The notes: generated by a model from the letters alone, not told the origin. A stretch of DNA of 37,884 bases from a virus (IMGVR_UViG_2654587996_000006), one strand, 5' to 3'; positions 1 through 10,777 are shown, counted from the stretch's first letter. Translations and numbers: made by a program.

Positions 1-258
1 ATGCAAACCGTTATTTTTGGTCGTTCGGGTTGCCCTTACTGTGTGCGTGCAAAAGATCTGGCTGAGAAATTGAGCAATGAACGCGATGATTTTCAGTATC
101 AGTATGTAGATATTCGTGCGGAAGGGATCACTAAAGAAGATCTACAACAAAAGGCAGGTAAACCCGTAGAAACCGTGCCGCAGATTTTTGTCGATCAGCA
201 ACATATCGGCGGCTATACCGATTTTGCTGCATGGGTGAAAGAAAATCTGGACGCCTGA
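1..258 (+). CDS. grxA: glutaredoxin 1
   Basis: 85-aa ORF with the CPYC redox motif (GCPYCVRAKDLA); recognised as E. coli GrxA; lies next to ybjM/ybjL as in the E. coli chromosome. Confidence 0.9.
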   Translation: MQTVIFGRSGCPYCVRAKDLAEKLSNERDDFQYQYVDIRAEGITKEDLQQKAGKPVETVPQIFVDQQHIGGYTDFAAWVKENLDA

Positions 259-267
259 TCGTCTGAC

Positions 268-300
268 AAGCCCTCGCGTTGAGGGCTTTACTGATTTTTT
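268..300. terminator. hairpin aagccctc-gcgtt-gagggctt followed by a T-run; likely terminator between convergent grxA and ybjM
   Basis: 8-bp perfect stem, 5-nt loop, then tactgatttttt; overlaps the ybjM stop codon. Confidence 0.5.
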
Positions 301-665
301 CTGTGCTGTGGTTTAAACAAACTACTGATAAATAAGAAACACAGTGCCCCCAGCGCACACCAGAACACCGCGCTTAGTAACCATGCCAGCTCTTGCCAGA
401 ATGAGCGCGTCGGTGAAAAAAACAGCCGCATAATGAGCATCGAACAGGGTGCCGCCAGCATTGCGCCAAACAGAGGTTTCAGGACTTCTCTACGCTGTGA
501 AAAGAAGCTGGCCACTGCTCCAGGAAGAATGAAAAATAGCAAGCCGATTTCAGGATGCCCGGCAGCCCGAAAAGCGCCTTTCATGTGCGTCGCCAGAAAA
601 AGGCACACCACAATGAAGAGGACAAAACAGCAGATTGCCCCCGCCCAACGTTGTTTATGTTTCAC
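288..665 (-). CDS. ybjM: inner membrane protein YbjM
   Basis: 125-aa strongly hydrophobic ORF; position and size match E. coli ybjM between grxA and ybjL. Confidence 0.7.
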   Translation of the reverse strand: MKHKQRWAGAICCFVLFIVVCLFLATHMKGAFRAAGHPEIGLLFFILPGAVASFFSQRREVLKPLFGAMLAAPCSMLIMRLFFSPTRSFWQELAWLLSAVFWCALGALCFLFISSLFKPQHRKNQ

Positions 666-934
666 TCGTTCCTCCTGACACTGCGTCTATCGAACACATT
701 TTTCGCCAGTGTGGCGTTCAGTAAGATAAAGCCGCTTCGCATTCCATGCTAATATAGGCCAACGCAATTCATATAGCCGTTGATACCTAATGTGATTACA
801 CTAGTAAAATATATTGTTACTTTACTATCGTTTAGGTGCGCTGAATGAATCTGCGCCCTGAATTCTGGTAAAAAACATTATCGTAAATTACCATTTCTTT
901 CAACAGCTTACTAGTAAACAAGAAGTTAGCCTCC

Positions 935-2620
935 GTGAATATAAACGTCGCCGAATTGTTAAATGGGAATTACATTCTGTTATTATTTGTGGTCCTCGCG
1001 CTTGGGCTATGTCTCGGAAAGTTACGACTTGGTTCGATCCAACTGGGTAATTCCATTGGCGTTTTAGTCGTATCGCTGTTATTAGGCCAACAACATTTCA
1101 GCATTAACACCGATGCGCTTAATCTTGGCTTTATGCTGTTTATTTTCTGCGTCGGGGTCGAAGCCGGACCGAACTTTTTTTCCATTTTTTTTCGCGATGG
1201 GAAAAATTACCTAATGTTAGCACTGGTGATGGTTGGCAGTGCGCTGGTGATCGCCTTAGGGTTAGGTAAGCTGTTTGGCTGGGATATTGGCCTGACGGCC
1301 GGTATGTTAGCAGGCTCTATGACGTCGACACCGGTTCTGGTCGGTGCTGGCGATACACTGCGTCATTCCGGCATGGAAAGCAGGCAGCTCTCACTGGCAC
1401 TGGATAATCTGAGCCTCGGGTATGCCTTAACCTATTTAATCGGTCTGGTGAGTTTGATTGTTGGTGCGCGTTACTTGCCGAAATTGCAGCATCAGGACTT
1501 ACAGACCAGCGCCCAGCAAATCGCCCGCGAACGTGGCCTGGACACTGATGCCAACCGTAAGGTTTATTTACCGGTGATCCGCGCCTATCGCGTCGGCCCG
1601 GAGCTGGTGGCCTGGACCGACGGCAAAAATCTGCGTGAACTGGGTATTTATCGACAAACCGGCTGCTACATTGAACGTATTCGACGTAACGGGATTCTGG
1701 CAAATCCAGACGGTGATGCCGTGCTACAAATGGGCGATGAAATAGCGTTGGTAGGCTATCCCGACGCCCATGCCCGACTCGATCCCAGCTTCCGTAACGG
1801 TAAAGAAGTTTTCGATCGTGACCTTCTCGACATGCGTATCGTCACTGAAGAAGTGGTCGTTAAAAACCATAACGCTGTAGGTAAACGTCTCGCACAACTG
1901 AAGTTGACCGATCACGGTTGCTTCCTTAACCGCGTCATTCGTAGCCAGATTGAGATGCCGATAGATGACAACGTCGTGCTTAACAAAGGTGACGTTTTAC
2001 AAGTCAGCGGTGATGCCCGTCGCGTAAAAACCATCGCCGATCGCATCGGCTTTATCTCGATTCACAGCCAGGTCACTGACCTGCTGGCATTTTGCGCCTT
2101 CTTTGTTATTGGGCTGATGATCGGGATGATCACCTTCCAGTTCAGCACATTCAGTTTCGGCATGGGGAACGCTGCCGGGTTGTTATTCGCCGGAATTATG
2201 CTGGGCTTTATGCGTGCTAACCACCCGACCTTCGGTTACATTCCGCAAGGTGCATTAAGCATGGTGAAAGAGTTCGGCTTGATGGTGTTTATGGCAGGCG
2301 TTGGTCTGAGCGCCGGTAGCGGTATTAATAACGGCCTGGGCGCGATTGGCGGTCAGATGTTGATTGCCGGATTAATTGTCAGTCTTGTGCCCGTGGTTAT
2401 CTGTTTCTTGTTCGGTGCTTATGTATTGCGAATGAACCGCGCACTGTTGTTCGGCGCAATGATGGGCGCACGCACCTGCGCGCCGGCAATGGAGATCATC
2501 AGTGATACAGCTCGCAGTAACATCCCTGCGCTGGGCTATGCGGGCACCTACGCAATCGCCAACGTCCTGCTGACGCTGGCAGGGACAATCATCGTCATGG
2601 TATGGCCAGGATTAGGATAA
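935..2620 (+). CDS. ybjL: putative transporter YbjL (AAE family)
   Basis: 561-aa ORF with hydrophobic N- and C-terminal halves separated by a soluble central region; recognised as E. coli YbjL. Confidence 0.85.
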
Positions 2621-2732
2621 AACTGAAGTTGCCCTGAAAATGAAATTTTTTTGCACAACCGCAGAACTTTTCCGCAGGGCATCAGTCTTAATTAATGCCA
2701 CTGCTTTTCTTTGATGTCCCCATTTTGTGGAG

Positions 2733-2775
2733 CCCATCAACCCCGCCATTTCGGTTCAAGGTTGATGGGTTTTTT
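2733..2775 (+). terminator. rho-independent terminator-like hairpin plus T6 downstream of ybjL, near the prophage right boundary
   Basis: cccatcaacc ... ggttgatggg (10-bp stem) followed by tttttt; may overlap the attR core. Confidence 0.45.
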
Positions 2776-2855
2776 GTTGCCTGAAATTTATACCGTTTAA
2801 AATCATGATGTTAGAAGCACTGTTTTTTAACGATGGCGACAAAATGGCGGCAGCG

Positions 2856-3074
2856 TCAAAGAGAGAGCGCCACCTGTCCTGATTTCATTGGATGCGGCTG
2901 AACCGGATTTGACTCTTTTGGCGTTGCAATCGAACGAACAAAAGTTTCATGGGTAACAAAAGTATGGCTGCAGTTAATGTTCTGGCACTGGTTGTAACGC
3001 TCTTTGGTCAATGAAGATACCTGAAAACTGCTGCGAGTATGGGCGGCACTTCCACACAGTGGGCAAATCATCAT
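2856..3074 (-). CDS. ogr: late transcription activator Ogr (zinc-finger)
   Basis: ORF 2856-3107 trimmed to the internal start MMICPLCG; CPLC...CQNINC zinc-binding motif and the ~72-aa size match P2 Ogr/186 B; sits after gene D as in P2. Confidence 0.8.
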   Translation of the reverse strand: MMICPLCGSAAHTRSSFQVSSLTKERYNQCQNINCSHTFVTHETFVRSIATPKESNPVQPHPMKSGQVALSL

Positions 3075-3164
3075 TTTTCGAGTTCTCCCCATTTTTGCTA
3101 AATTCACAATAATGATACCGCATTATTCCATTTTGCAAACTTAAAAGTTCTCCATTGCGAAGAA

Positions 3165-4265
3165 TCATTCCATTTCGAAATCATCAATTCTCACTTCAAG
3201 CTCCAGACTGGTCGTAAAACCGTTATCCGGGCTGACGGTATGTGTCAGAGTCGTAATGGTCCATTCCGCATCATCTATCGGCTGTTTAAAACCACTGACC
3301 TTCACAGGCATTTCCGTGTAGAGATCTGCCCGCCCTTCCGCCAGTTGTAGCGAGAATGACGCAACTCCGCGTTGCAGGCGTTCCCACTGCATTTTCGCCG
3401 CTCGTTCGGCGTTGCTCCGATTGGCATAGGTGCGATTAAGTACCAGCACGTTTTCATCCGTACCCACCAGGTAATCGCCCTGCTTCGCTTCCGGCTCTTT
3501 CTTCTGCTTCTTAGTCCTGCGCTTACGCTTCACCATGGTGCTTTCTTTCTTCGCGGGTTCGCGGGTATGCAACCAACTGGCAATTACGCCCGTATAGGCT
3601 CCGCGATCTGCCAGGGTAAAGCGGTGACTGTCGCCGTCCTTACGTGTGATAGTGATCACCGGTAGTGGTTTACCGCTGGCACTTTTGCCCTGTCCCTGCC
3701 GGATGAATAACAGATTGCCATTTTTCACCGATGCAATGGCACCGTACTGGCGCGCCAGCCGCATCAAAAAACTGCCGTCACTCTCATTAGTCTGGTCTAT
3801 ATGATCCACGGGTTTCTCCGACAGGTCTTTACCCAGTGCCATCTTCAGTTTGTGACGCGCAGCTATTTCCTTCACCACTTCCCCGACAGTGGTCTTGTGC
3901 CACGATTTTTCACGGCGGGTATTCAGCGTTTCCCGAAAATCAGCACTTCGCGCCCGGATAGTCAGGCGATCCGGTGCGCCAGTGTGTTCAATCTCGTCCA
4001 CCGTGAATGCCCCTTTCGGGACAAGCGGCTGCCCTTTCCAGCCCAGCGCCAGCGTAATGACCGCACCACGGCGCGGCAGCACGATTTTTCCGTCGGCGTC
4101 GTCCAGCTCCAGATCAAGCTGGTCCGCTTCAAAGCCCCGGTTATCCGTCAGCGTAAGCCCCATCAGGCGGTTATCCAGCACAGTGGTGATATCCTTGCCT
4201 TCAATACTGATGCTGAATGCGGGAGTTTTGTTGCCTTTGTTAAGCAGTTCAGAGCTGAAATTCAC
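3165..4265 (-). CDS. D: tail protein D (late control gene D family)
   Basis: 366-aa ORF at the end of the tail operon; P2 gpD-like sequence and position. Confidence 0.85.
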   Translation of the reverse strand: MNFSSELLNKGNKTPAFSISIEGKDITTVLDNRLMGLTLTDNRGFEADQLDLELDDADGKIVLPRRGAVITLALGWKGQPLVPKGAFTVDEIEHTGAPDRLTIRARSADFRETLNTRREKSWHKTTVGEVVKEIAARHKLKMALGKDLSEKPVDHIDQTNESDGSFLMRLARQYGAIASVKNGNLLFIRQGQGKSASGKPLPVITITRKDGDSHRFTLADRGAYTGVIASWLHTREPAKKESTMVKRKRRTKKQKKEPEAKQGDYLVGTDENVLVLNRTYANRSNAERAAKMQWERLQRGVASFSLQLAEGRADLYTEMPVKVSGFKQPIDDAEWTITTLTHTVSPDNGFTTSLELEVRIDDFEME

Positions 4266-4747
4266 GACAGCAGCCCTCCCACCGTTTTACTGATATCGCT
4301 TAATGCAGATGTTGCCGTGTCCTGCAGATTATTCAGCTGCGAACTGAGATCACCGAACATATCGGACAGGGATTCATCCACCCGTTTGAGCGACAGGGTG
4401 AACTCAATCCGGCGCGGCATACCGTCGCGGAAAAACTCCGTTTTAGTCTGATTCAGTCCCTCAATCACATACATGCCGTAAATCGTGCCGCTACCTTCAA
4501 TCAGGGGCCATGCTTTCCCCTGTTCTGCCATCTGCTCCAGAGCCAGCAACGACAGCCTGCCGCCTGTTATCTCCGGCATAAGAACACCGGAAAGCGTCAG
4601 CATGTCGTTGTCCGGTCCCAGAAACTGCGTGGACGGACGACGGTTTACCCGACTGTTTGCCGCATGTCGCCAGCTACGTTGATACTGCAGTTCCTGATAC
4701 GGCACGGTGCGCAGCATAAACACGTACAATCCCAGCACCATCATCAT
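4262..4747 (-). CDS. U: tail protein U
   Basis: 161-aa ORF, 4-nt overlap with D, immediately downstream of the tape measure gene; P2 order T-U-D. Confidence 0.8.
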   Translation of the reverse strand: MMMVLGLYVFMLRTVPYQELQYQRSWRHAANSRVNRRPSTQFLGPDNDMLTLSGVLMPEITGGRLSLLALEQMAEQGKAWPLIEGSGTIYGMYVIEGLNQTKTEFFRDGMPRRIEFTLSLKRVDESLSDMFGDLSSQLNNLQDTATSALSDISKTVGGLLS

Positions 4748-7700
4748 GCGTCGTATCCCCCCTGATCGCTGTAGTTACTCCTGGCCTTTGCCTTCAGCCT
4801 GCGTTCACGTTCATCAAGCTGGCGGGCCACCTCCCGCGCAATATCCTGCGCACTTTGTCCTGGCTGCGTCTGAATGATGATCTGCGTCGGTGCCTCAATC
4901 CGTTGAACGGGCGGCACAATGGCTGCACGACTCACCATCGCTTCGCCGCCTTTCGCGGGAAGTGCCAAAGGATGCAACGGTGGAAGCTCTGCAGGCGCGG
5001 CAGCAACGCCCATCATTCCGGCAACAACGGCAGCCAGTGAAGCTGTATTTCTCCGGCTGGTCACGTTTGCCGGGCCGTTAACAATTTCCGGCCCGTTTTC
5101 ACCGACGATGCCAAACTGCCCGCGCGGGATATAGCCGCCGCTGTCATACATCCCCGCAAAGCCATATCCCCATGACGGAAAACCACCCGATGGCATCATC
5201 ACTTTACCGTCAGCATTCACCGTCGCAGGTTGCTGATGCGTCACGCTTTCCGGCAGTTTCGCCTTTGCAGCCTCTTTACTGACAATGCCGAGTTTATCCA
5301 GCAACCAGGAAACACCGGATTTCAGGGAGTCCAGCGGATGCATAACCATATTCAGACCTTCCGCCAGTGCCTCCCCGAATCGTCGTCCCATTGCCGCTGC
5401 GCTCTGCAGTTCGGCAGAGGTCGACTTAACGGGCGTCAGCAGATCAGTAAACCAGCCCCACAGCGCCTGCACTTTGTCGCCAATCCACTGGAACACGGGC
5501 TTAAGCGGTTCGAACGCTGCACTAACGGGACCTGCCGCCGCTTTGAATCCTTCCACCACGCCACCGAGAAATGCGGTGATGGGTTGCCAGTATTTCCAGA
5601 CAACCAGCGCCACACCCGTCAGTGCAGTAACCACAAGACCTATCGGACTGAGCAGAGCACCTAACAGACCAGATACGGCATACAGAGCAACGCGCAGCAT
5701 CGTCAGCGGACCGGATGCCAGCACTCGTAGCACCGCGCCTGCGGCAGCCAGTCCACCGCGCAGTACCGCCAGAGGATTCATAAACATCACAGCAACAGCA
5801 CGTAAAGCGGATAATCCAGACCGCAATAGTGCAACCGGCGCACCTGCTACAGTTTTCAGGACATTTCCCGTCAGTGATGCCGTACGGCGCAAAGACGACA
5901 ACGGCGCAGTAAGTAAACCCGCTGCGTTACCCGATGAAGCAAGCCCGCGTCGCAGCACTGCCAGTGGAGCGCCAGCCAGCCAGAACAACGCGCTGCTGGT
6001 TCGTGTTACTGCTGCCGTAACGGAAGGTAACGTTTTGATGCCCAGCACAGAGAATCCCAGACGGATGACTGCCAGCGGCCCCAGCACTGCAGCCAGCGCC
6101 ACAGCCAAGGTGCCGAGGCCTACGGTAACCGCAGCCACAATAGCGGCTACTTTCATCAGTGTGCCCGTCAGTTCCGGGTTAGCTTCCACCCAGCGACGCA
6201 ACGCTCCCGTAACGCTTTTCACCATGTACAGAATATCCATCAGCGGCTGGCGCAACGTTTCGCCCAGGCTGCTGAAGGTATTCTGCGCTCCGGTTTTAAC
6301 CAGCAACCACTGAGCAGAAAGTGAGTCCTTGTTGATGTCGGATTCTTTCTGCATGGAACCGAGCGCATCATTGCCCGCTGTCAGTTTTAGCTGGCGCTGT
6401 AGTTCCGGCAGGTTGTTTGCCAGTTTCGCCGCGTCATCGCCAAACTCTTTACCAAACAACATGGTCATGGCAGACAGACGCTTGTCCTGCGGCAGTGCGT
6501 TCACCTTCTCCAGTACACGCTGGATAGTTCCCATCGCATCCTTCGTCATCTGCTTTTCAATCACTTCAGGATTGAGTTTCAGCAGATTCATCCCTTCAAA
6601 GAAACTCTTGCTTTGCATGGTGGCAATGGACAATTCACGCACCATCGCGTTTGCTGCACTGGCTGCAACCTCCGGCGCAGCGCCCAGTGTCAGAAAGGTG
6701 GAACCCAGTGCCGCCGCTTTACGATAATCCAGACGGTCAGCCACACCGCCCAGACGTTGCATCACATCAATGATGTCCGCCCCTTTCGACATGGCGTTAT
6801 CATCCAGATAGTTCAGCGCATCGCCGAGCTGTTCAATATTGCGAGTAGGTATTTTGTAGAGCTGGGCGATTTTCCCCAGACTTTCTGACAGTTCATCCGC
6901 TGGCAGCTCAAAGGCTGTTGCCGCCTTTGCTGCCGTACTGGCGAAGGCCAGCAGGTCACGTTTCTGGTCTTCCCAGCTGTCGTCAGGGTTTGCGACGTTC
7001 ATGCGCGCACCACCTTCAACCAGTGCAGCGAAGTCCACCGCCCCGTTTTCCATCGGCAACTGTTCGCTGGCAGCCTTGATGGCATCCTGCATTTCATAAA
7101 AACGTGCAGTACGGTTTCCATTATCGTCACGCAGACCATTGACCTGCTTTGCCACACCTTTCATGGCATCTTCCATGCTGGTATAGCTTTTTACTGCCGC
7201 CATCACTGGCGTCCCCATTGCCAGCCCTGCAGCCGTGGTAGTGGCTCCGGCTCCTGCAATACGATCGCGCACCTCCAGCGAACGGGCATAACTGGCACGC
7301 GCCGCATTCATCCTGCGCTGAGCTTCACCCAGTCGCTTCAGCCGCGCCTCCTGTTTCGACAATTCCTGGTTATAACGTGATGTTTCACGGGCTAAACGGG
7401 CAGTTGCTCCCGCATCATCTTTCGCAGAAATTCCCGCCCGGTACAGTTCTGCACGCACAAGCGCCGTTTGCTTCTGCAAATATTTTTGCTGTTCTTCCAG
7501 GCGTTGGACTGCCAGCGTTTGCCGACCTAAAGCCACAAGGTGCCGTTGTGATGGTTGTTCCATCGCCTCCAGCTCAGAGCTAAGCAAATTAGCCTTCTGT
7601 CTGGCATAGTTCAGCCTGTCGCCTAACTTCTTGTTATCAGCCTGCAGCTTGCGAAATTTTTCCAGGCTATTACCCGCCTGATTGAGTTGCTTTAATGCGT

Positions 7701-7821
7701 CACGGGAGTTTCTGATTGCGCCAGCCAGCTCTTTCGAACTGGCCTGTGCAACACGGAATGGGCGGGTGAGTTTGTCAACCGCATTAAGAATGACCTGCAG
7801 CCGCAGGTTGTTATCACTCAT
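4744..7821 (-). CDS. T: tail tape measure protein
   Basis: 1025-aa ORF with a coiled-coil N-terminus and Ala/Gly-rich hydrophobic middle; located after E/E' as in P2. Confidence 0.9.
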   Translation of the reverse strand: MSDNNLRLQVILNAVDKLTRPFRVAQASSKELAGAIRNSRDALKQLNQAGNSLEKFRKLQADNKKLGDRLNYARQKANLLSSELEAMEQPSQRHLVALGRQTLAVQRLEEQQKYLQKQTALVRAELYRAGISAKDDAGATARLARETSRYNQELSKQEARLKRLGEAQRRMNAARASYARSLEVRDRIAGAGATTTAAGLAMGTPVMAAVKSYTSMEDAMKGVAKQVNGLRDDNGNRTARFYEMQDAIKAASEQLPMENGAVDFAALVEGGARMNVANPDDSWEDQKRDLLAFASTAAKAATAFELPADELSESLGKIAQLYKIPTRNIEQLGDALNYLDDNAMSKGADIIDVMQRLGGVADRLDYRKAAALGSTFLTLGAAPEVAASAANAMVRELSIATMQSKSFFEGMNLLKLNPEVIEKQMTKDAMGTIQRVLEKVNALPQDKRLSAMTMLFGKEFGDDAAKLANNLPELQRQLKLTAGNDALGSMQKESDINKDSLSAQWLLVKTGAQNTFSSLGETLRQPLMDILYMVKSVTGALRRWVEANPELTGTLMKVAAIVAAVTVGLGTLAVALAAVLGPLAVIRLGFSVLGIKTLPSVTAAVTRTSSALFWLAGAPLAVLRRGLASSGNAAGLLTAPLSSLRRTASLTGNVLKTVAGAPVALLRSGLSALRAVAVMFMNPLAVLRGGLAAAGAVLRVLASGPLTMLRVALYAVSGLLGALLSPIGLVVTALTGVALVVWKYWQPITAFLGGVVEGFKAAAGPVSAAFEPLKPVFQWIGDKVQALWGWFTDLLTPVKSTSAELQSAAAMGRRFGEALAEGLNMVMHPLDSLKSGVSWLLDKLGIVSKEAAKAKLPESVTHQQPATVNADGKVMMPSGGFPSWGYGFAGMYDSGGYIPRGQFGIVGENGPEIVNGPANVTSRRNTASLAAVVAGMMGVAAAPAELPPLHPLALPAKGGEAMVSRAAIVPPVQRIEAPTQIIIQTQPGQSAQDIAREVARQLDERERRLKAKARSNYSDQGGYDA

Positions 7822-8250
7822 CGTTGGCCCCGCTTCTCTGAATCGCTTTATACCGCCATTCCAGCACTTCGGTCAGCGGCATAACGTCAGTAACGGATGG
7901 CGGCCAGTGAAAAATGGTGGCGATGTCTGCCACCAGATCGTCAACCGTCAGGCTGTCGGTAAACCGGCAAGCACCGACTTCTTCAACAAAAAAGTGACAA
8001 CCTCAACCGACATAGCGGTGAGATCTGCCGGGTCCATCTCTGCGATTTCCTGTGCAGTCAGTACCGGACTGGAAATGCGGGGGATCACGGTCATCATCGC
8101 GTTCACATCCATATCCATAATGGCCTGCAGGCGCGTGCCGCGCAGCGCACCGGACTGCGGCTTACGCAGCACAATTTCGGTGATTTCCGTTTTACCGCGC
8201 TTGATAGGGGTATCCAGTTGAATGGTCTTTTCAGTCTGCTTATCGCTCAT
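7814..8250 (-). CDS. E+E': tail assembly chaperone E+E' produced by programmed -1 frameshift
   Basis: Slippery heptamer T TTT TTG (plus 7987-7993) sits 12 codons before the E stop; the -1 frame is open from there for about 57 codons to a TGA at 7814-7816 that overlaps the T start (ATGAGTGA). Predicted product about 143 aa, matching the P2 E+E' arrangement. Confidence 0.7.
7948..8250 (-). CDS. E: tail assembly chaperone E
   Basis: 100-aa ORF between FII and T; ends ...TFLLKKSVLAGLPTA with the T6G slippery site inside TFLL. Confidence 0.8.
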   Translation of the reverse strand: MSDKQTEKTIQLDTPIKRGKTEITEIVLRKPQSGALRGTRLQAIMDMDVNAMMTVIPRISSPVLTAQEIAEMDPADLTAMSVEVVTFLLKKSVLAGLPTA

Positions 8251-8304
8251 TTTGTTGTCCTGTAAATTGGGTTCTGGCGCGGTATCCCGCGCCGTTCAGA
8301 TACA

Positions 8305-8820
8305 TCAGAGGCCGAGGGCGTTGCGGTGCGCTTCCATCAGGTCCACACCGTCCACAATTTCCACCATGTTGATAAGGTCCACTTCATAGAGCACCTCACC
8401 ATTGATGGTCAGCTTCGCGTAGCTGTTGGTACTGGTCACTTTGGTGGTGTTGCTTTCGCCCGTCTTCCACTCGCCGGAATCCACTTCTTTGTGACGTCCA
8501 CGCACCACAAGCTCCACGGCCTGCACTTCCCCGGTATCGTCACGCTGGATAGAGCCGGTAAAGCGCAACTGGATGCCATCCACCGTGGATTTGCCCATCT
8601 GCTTAAACAGCAGCAGTTCGGTACCACCAATGGAAAATTCTGTATCCAGTGCACTGTCATCCAGTCCCAGATCCACATCCACCGCCCCCGGCATACCGCC
8701 GCCGCGATACTTCTCATATTTGCGGGTGAATTTCGGCAGCGTCAGCGACTCAACGATTCCCTGCCAGTTGTTCCCGTCGTTAAACAGGTTCAGATGTTTT
8801 AATTTGCGTGGTAAAGCCAT
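8305..8820 (-). CDS. FII: tail tube protein FII
   Basis: 171-aa ORF directly downstream of the sheath gene; P2 FII-like. Confidence 0.85.
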   Translation of the reverse strand: MALPRKLKHLNLFNDGNNWQGIVESLTLPKFTRKYEKYRGGGMPGAVDVDLGLDDSALDTEFSIGGTELLLFKQMGKSTVDGIQLRFTGSIQRDDTGEVQAVELVVRGRHKEVDSGEWKTGESNTTKVTSTNSYAKLTINGEVLYEVDLINMVEIVDGVDLMEAHRNALGL

Positions 8821-8829
8821 GTTGTCCCC

Positions 8830-10002
8830 TTACGCGCTGACCTGGCTGGCGAAATTCACCAGGTACTGATCGGTGATGCGCTGGCGCAGCATCAGATTTT
8901 CAAGTGGCGGCACTGGCGTGTAGTCGTAGTCGATGGTGAGTTTTCCGGCTTTAAGCGTGTCTTTGTCGTTCACCGACTCGTCCAGCCAGCAATCACCACC
9001 AATGAGATAGCCCTGACTGACCAGGCTGCGCATTTTGGCGCGGATACCTTCGATAATGTCGCGGGCCAGCGACGGGTTCAGCGGTTTGTCCACCGCCCAC
9101 ATGTGTGCTTCTGCCATCGTGTCCGTCAGCACCTGCGCCGTGCGGGTGTAGTTTTCGAAAGCAAAAAGCGGATCATCGCTCAGACAGCGGGAACCCCAGA
9201 AGCGGAAACCATCCTTGCGCACAAGCGTGGTGACGTCGTTCTGGTTCAGCAGACCTGCATCGGTTGCCGGGTCCTGCAGATCCCAGAACACATCAGCAGA
9301 AATTCCGGTGACACCGTTCACGCCCACGTTGGACAGGCTTTTGTGCCATCCGGTCTGCTCATCAATTTTGGCGCGCAGACCGAGCGCACGGGCGGTGGCA
9401 TAAGCCGTTGCTTCGGCATTCAGCACCGTGTCCCAGCCAGTAAAGTCGGGCCAGATCAGCATTCCTTCACGCTGACTGAAGTTTTCACGGTAAGTGATTG
9501 CTTCCTGCACCGTCTTGCAACCATACGCTGACAGGTAAGCAAACCCACGCAGGCTTTGCGCCACGCTCAGCAACTCAGTAGCTACCGCCTTCGTGTCGTG
9601 ACCTGGCACGCCGAGAATGCGCGGTTTAACGCCGAGCTGTGACTGGGCAGATAACAGGGCTTTCATGCCTGTTTTTTTACCTTCAGCAGTCACTGCGCCG
9701 ATGATATTGGTCGTGGTTTCTTCTTCCGTTTCACCCTGCGGCACACGCACAACAACGGTCACGGGTTTTGCCTGGTCAGCGATGGCGTCCAGCGAACGGG
9801 CCAGCGTACCGGACTCACCCGCTTTACCGCTGGCAGTCAGCACATCAGTGATCAGCACGGGTTTATTAAGAGGAAACATTTTTGCATCGGCATCATCGCC
9901 CGTGCAGACCATACCCACGATGGCGGTGCTCACCGTGGTAATGGATCGGGTGCCTTCGTTGACTTCAACAACGCGCACCCCGTGGTGGTAATCCTGAGCC
10001 AT
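8830..10002 (-). CDS. FI: contractile tail sheath protein FI
   Basis: 390-aa ORF, first gene of the F operon; P2 FI-like. Confidence 0.9.
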   Translation of the reverse strand: MAQDYHHGVRVVEVNEGTRSITTVSTAIVGMVCTGDDADAKMFPLNKPVLITDVLTASGKAGESGTLARSLDAIADQAKPVTVVVRVPQGETEEETTTNIIGAVTAEGKKTGMKALLSAQSQLGVKPRILGVPGHDTKAVATELLSVAQSLRGFAYLSAYGCKTVQEAITYRENFSQREGMLIWPDFTGWDTVLNAEATAYATARALGLRAKIDEQTGWHKSLSNVGVNGVTGISADVFWDLQDPATDAGLLNQNDVTTLVRKDGFRFWGSRCLSDDPLFAFENYTRTAQVLTDTMAEAHMWAVDKPLNPSLARDIIEGIRAKMRSLVSQGYLIGGDCWLDESVNDKDTLKAGKLTIDYDYTPVPPLENLMLRQRITDQYLVNFASQVSA

Positions 10003-10078
10003 AGTGGCGAACCTCCTGATTGGATTAGGCTTCGCCCTATGTTGAAGTGATTGTGCCTGACAAACAGCTAAGCGCAGT

Positions 10079-10096
10079 TGTACCGTTATTCACACA
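10079..10096 (-). promoter_or_regulatory. Ogr-type late-promoter activator dyad (TGT-N12-ACA) upstream of FI
   Basis: TTGTACCgttattCACACAAAA, about 85 bp upstream of the FI start; nearly identical to the dyad upstream of P/O. Confidence 0.6.
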
Positions 10097-10143
10097 AAAT
10101 GACGGTATTTGTCTGCTGCAGGGATAATCAAAATAATGCTGAT

Positions 10144-10710
10144 TCAGGGAGATTCATTGCTCTTATTTGCCGGAAATTTTCTATAAATGGTAGAAACGCC
10201 TACATCAAAAATCAGTGCAATACGCTGTCTTGATTCTCCGGCCTCGAGTAAACGCCCAATCTGTGCCCACTGTTCGGTGGTCAACTTAGGACGGCGTCCA
10301 CCTACTCTGCCTTTGGCACGAGCTGCAGCCAGCCCTGCCCTGGTACGTTCAACTATCAGTTCGCGTTCCATTTCAGCCAGGGCACCCATGACATGAAAAA
10401 AGAAACGGCCCATTGGGGTGCTGGTATCAATACTGTCAGTCAGGCTTCGGAAATTCACGCCTCGCTGACGCAACTCTTCTATCAGCGTAACAAGATGCCG
10501 CATACTGCGCCCCAACCTGTCCAGCTTCCAGACAACCAGCGTGTCTCCTGCCGATAGTGTCCTGAGCAGTTTTTTCAACCCTGGTCTGTCGGACTTAGTG
10601 CCACTGATTTTATCCTCAAAAATCCGCTCACATCCCGCGCAGTTCAGTGCATTACGTTGCAAATCGGTGTTCTGGTCATTTGTTGACACGCGTACATAGC
10701 CAATAAGCAT
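10144..10710 (-). CDS. pin: serine DNA invertase (Pin/Gin/Cin/Hin family)
   Basis: MLIGYVRVSTNDQNTDLQRNAL... with the catalytic Ser in YVRVST and a C-terminal HTH; nearly identical over its length to enteric invertases (closest by memory to e14 Pin). The ORF as given starts 2 codons earlier at 10716. Confidence 0.9.
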   Translation of the reverse strand: MLIGYVRVSTNDQNTDLQRNALNCAGCERIFEDKISGTKSDRPGLKKLLRTLSAGDTLVVWKLDRLGRSMRHLVTLIEELRQRGVNFRSLTDSIDTSTPMGRFFFHVMGALAEMERELIVERTRAGLAAARAKGRVGGRRPKLTTEQWAQIGRLLEAGESRQRIALIFDVGVSTIYRKFPANKSNESP

Positions 10711-10777
10711 GATCATCCCCCTGAATAAAAACCGGGGATGATGCCAGTTAGCCGTAATCGCTGCATTTTCTTAAACG

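Noticed and set aside
3801-4451. 216-aa and 134-aa plus-strand ORFs overlapping D and U
   Set aside because: Fully overlapped by the well-supported minus-strand tail genes D and U; no RBS context; antisense artefacts.
5285-6313. 342-aa plus-strand ORF (and neighbours 5230-5664, 6329-6727) inside the tape measure gene
   Set aside because: Antisense to the 1025-aa T gene; the Ala/Ser/Thr/Pro-rich low-complexity translation is typical of a spurious frame opposite a GC-rich coding strand.
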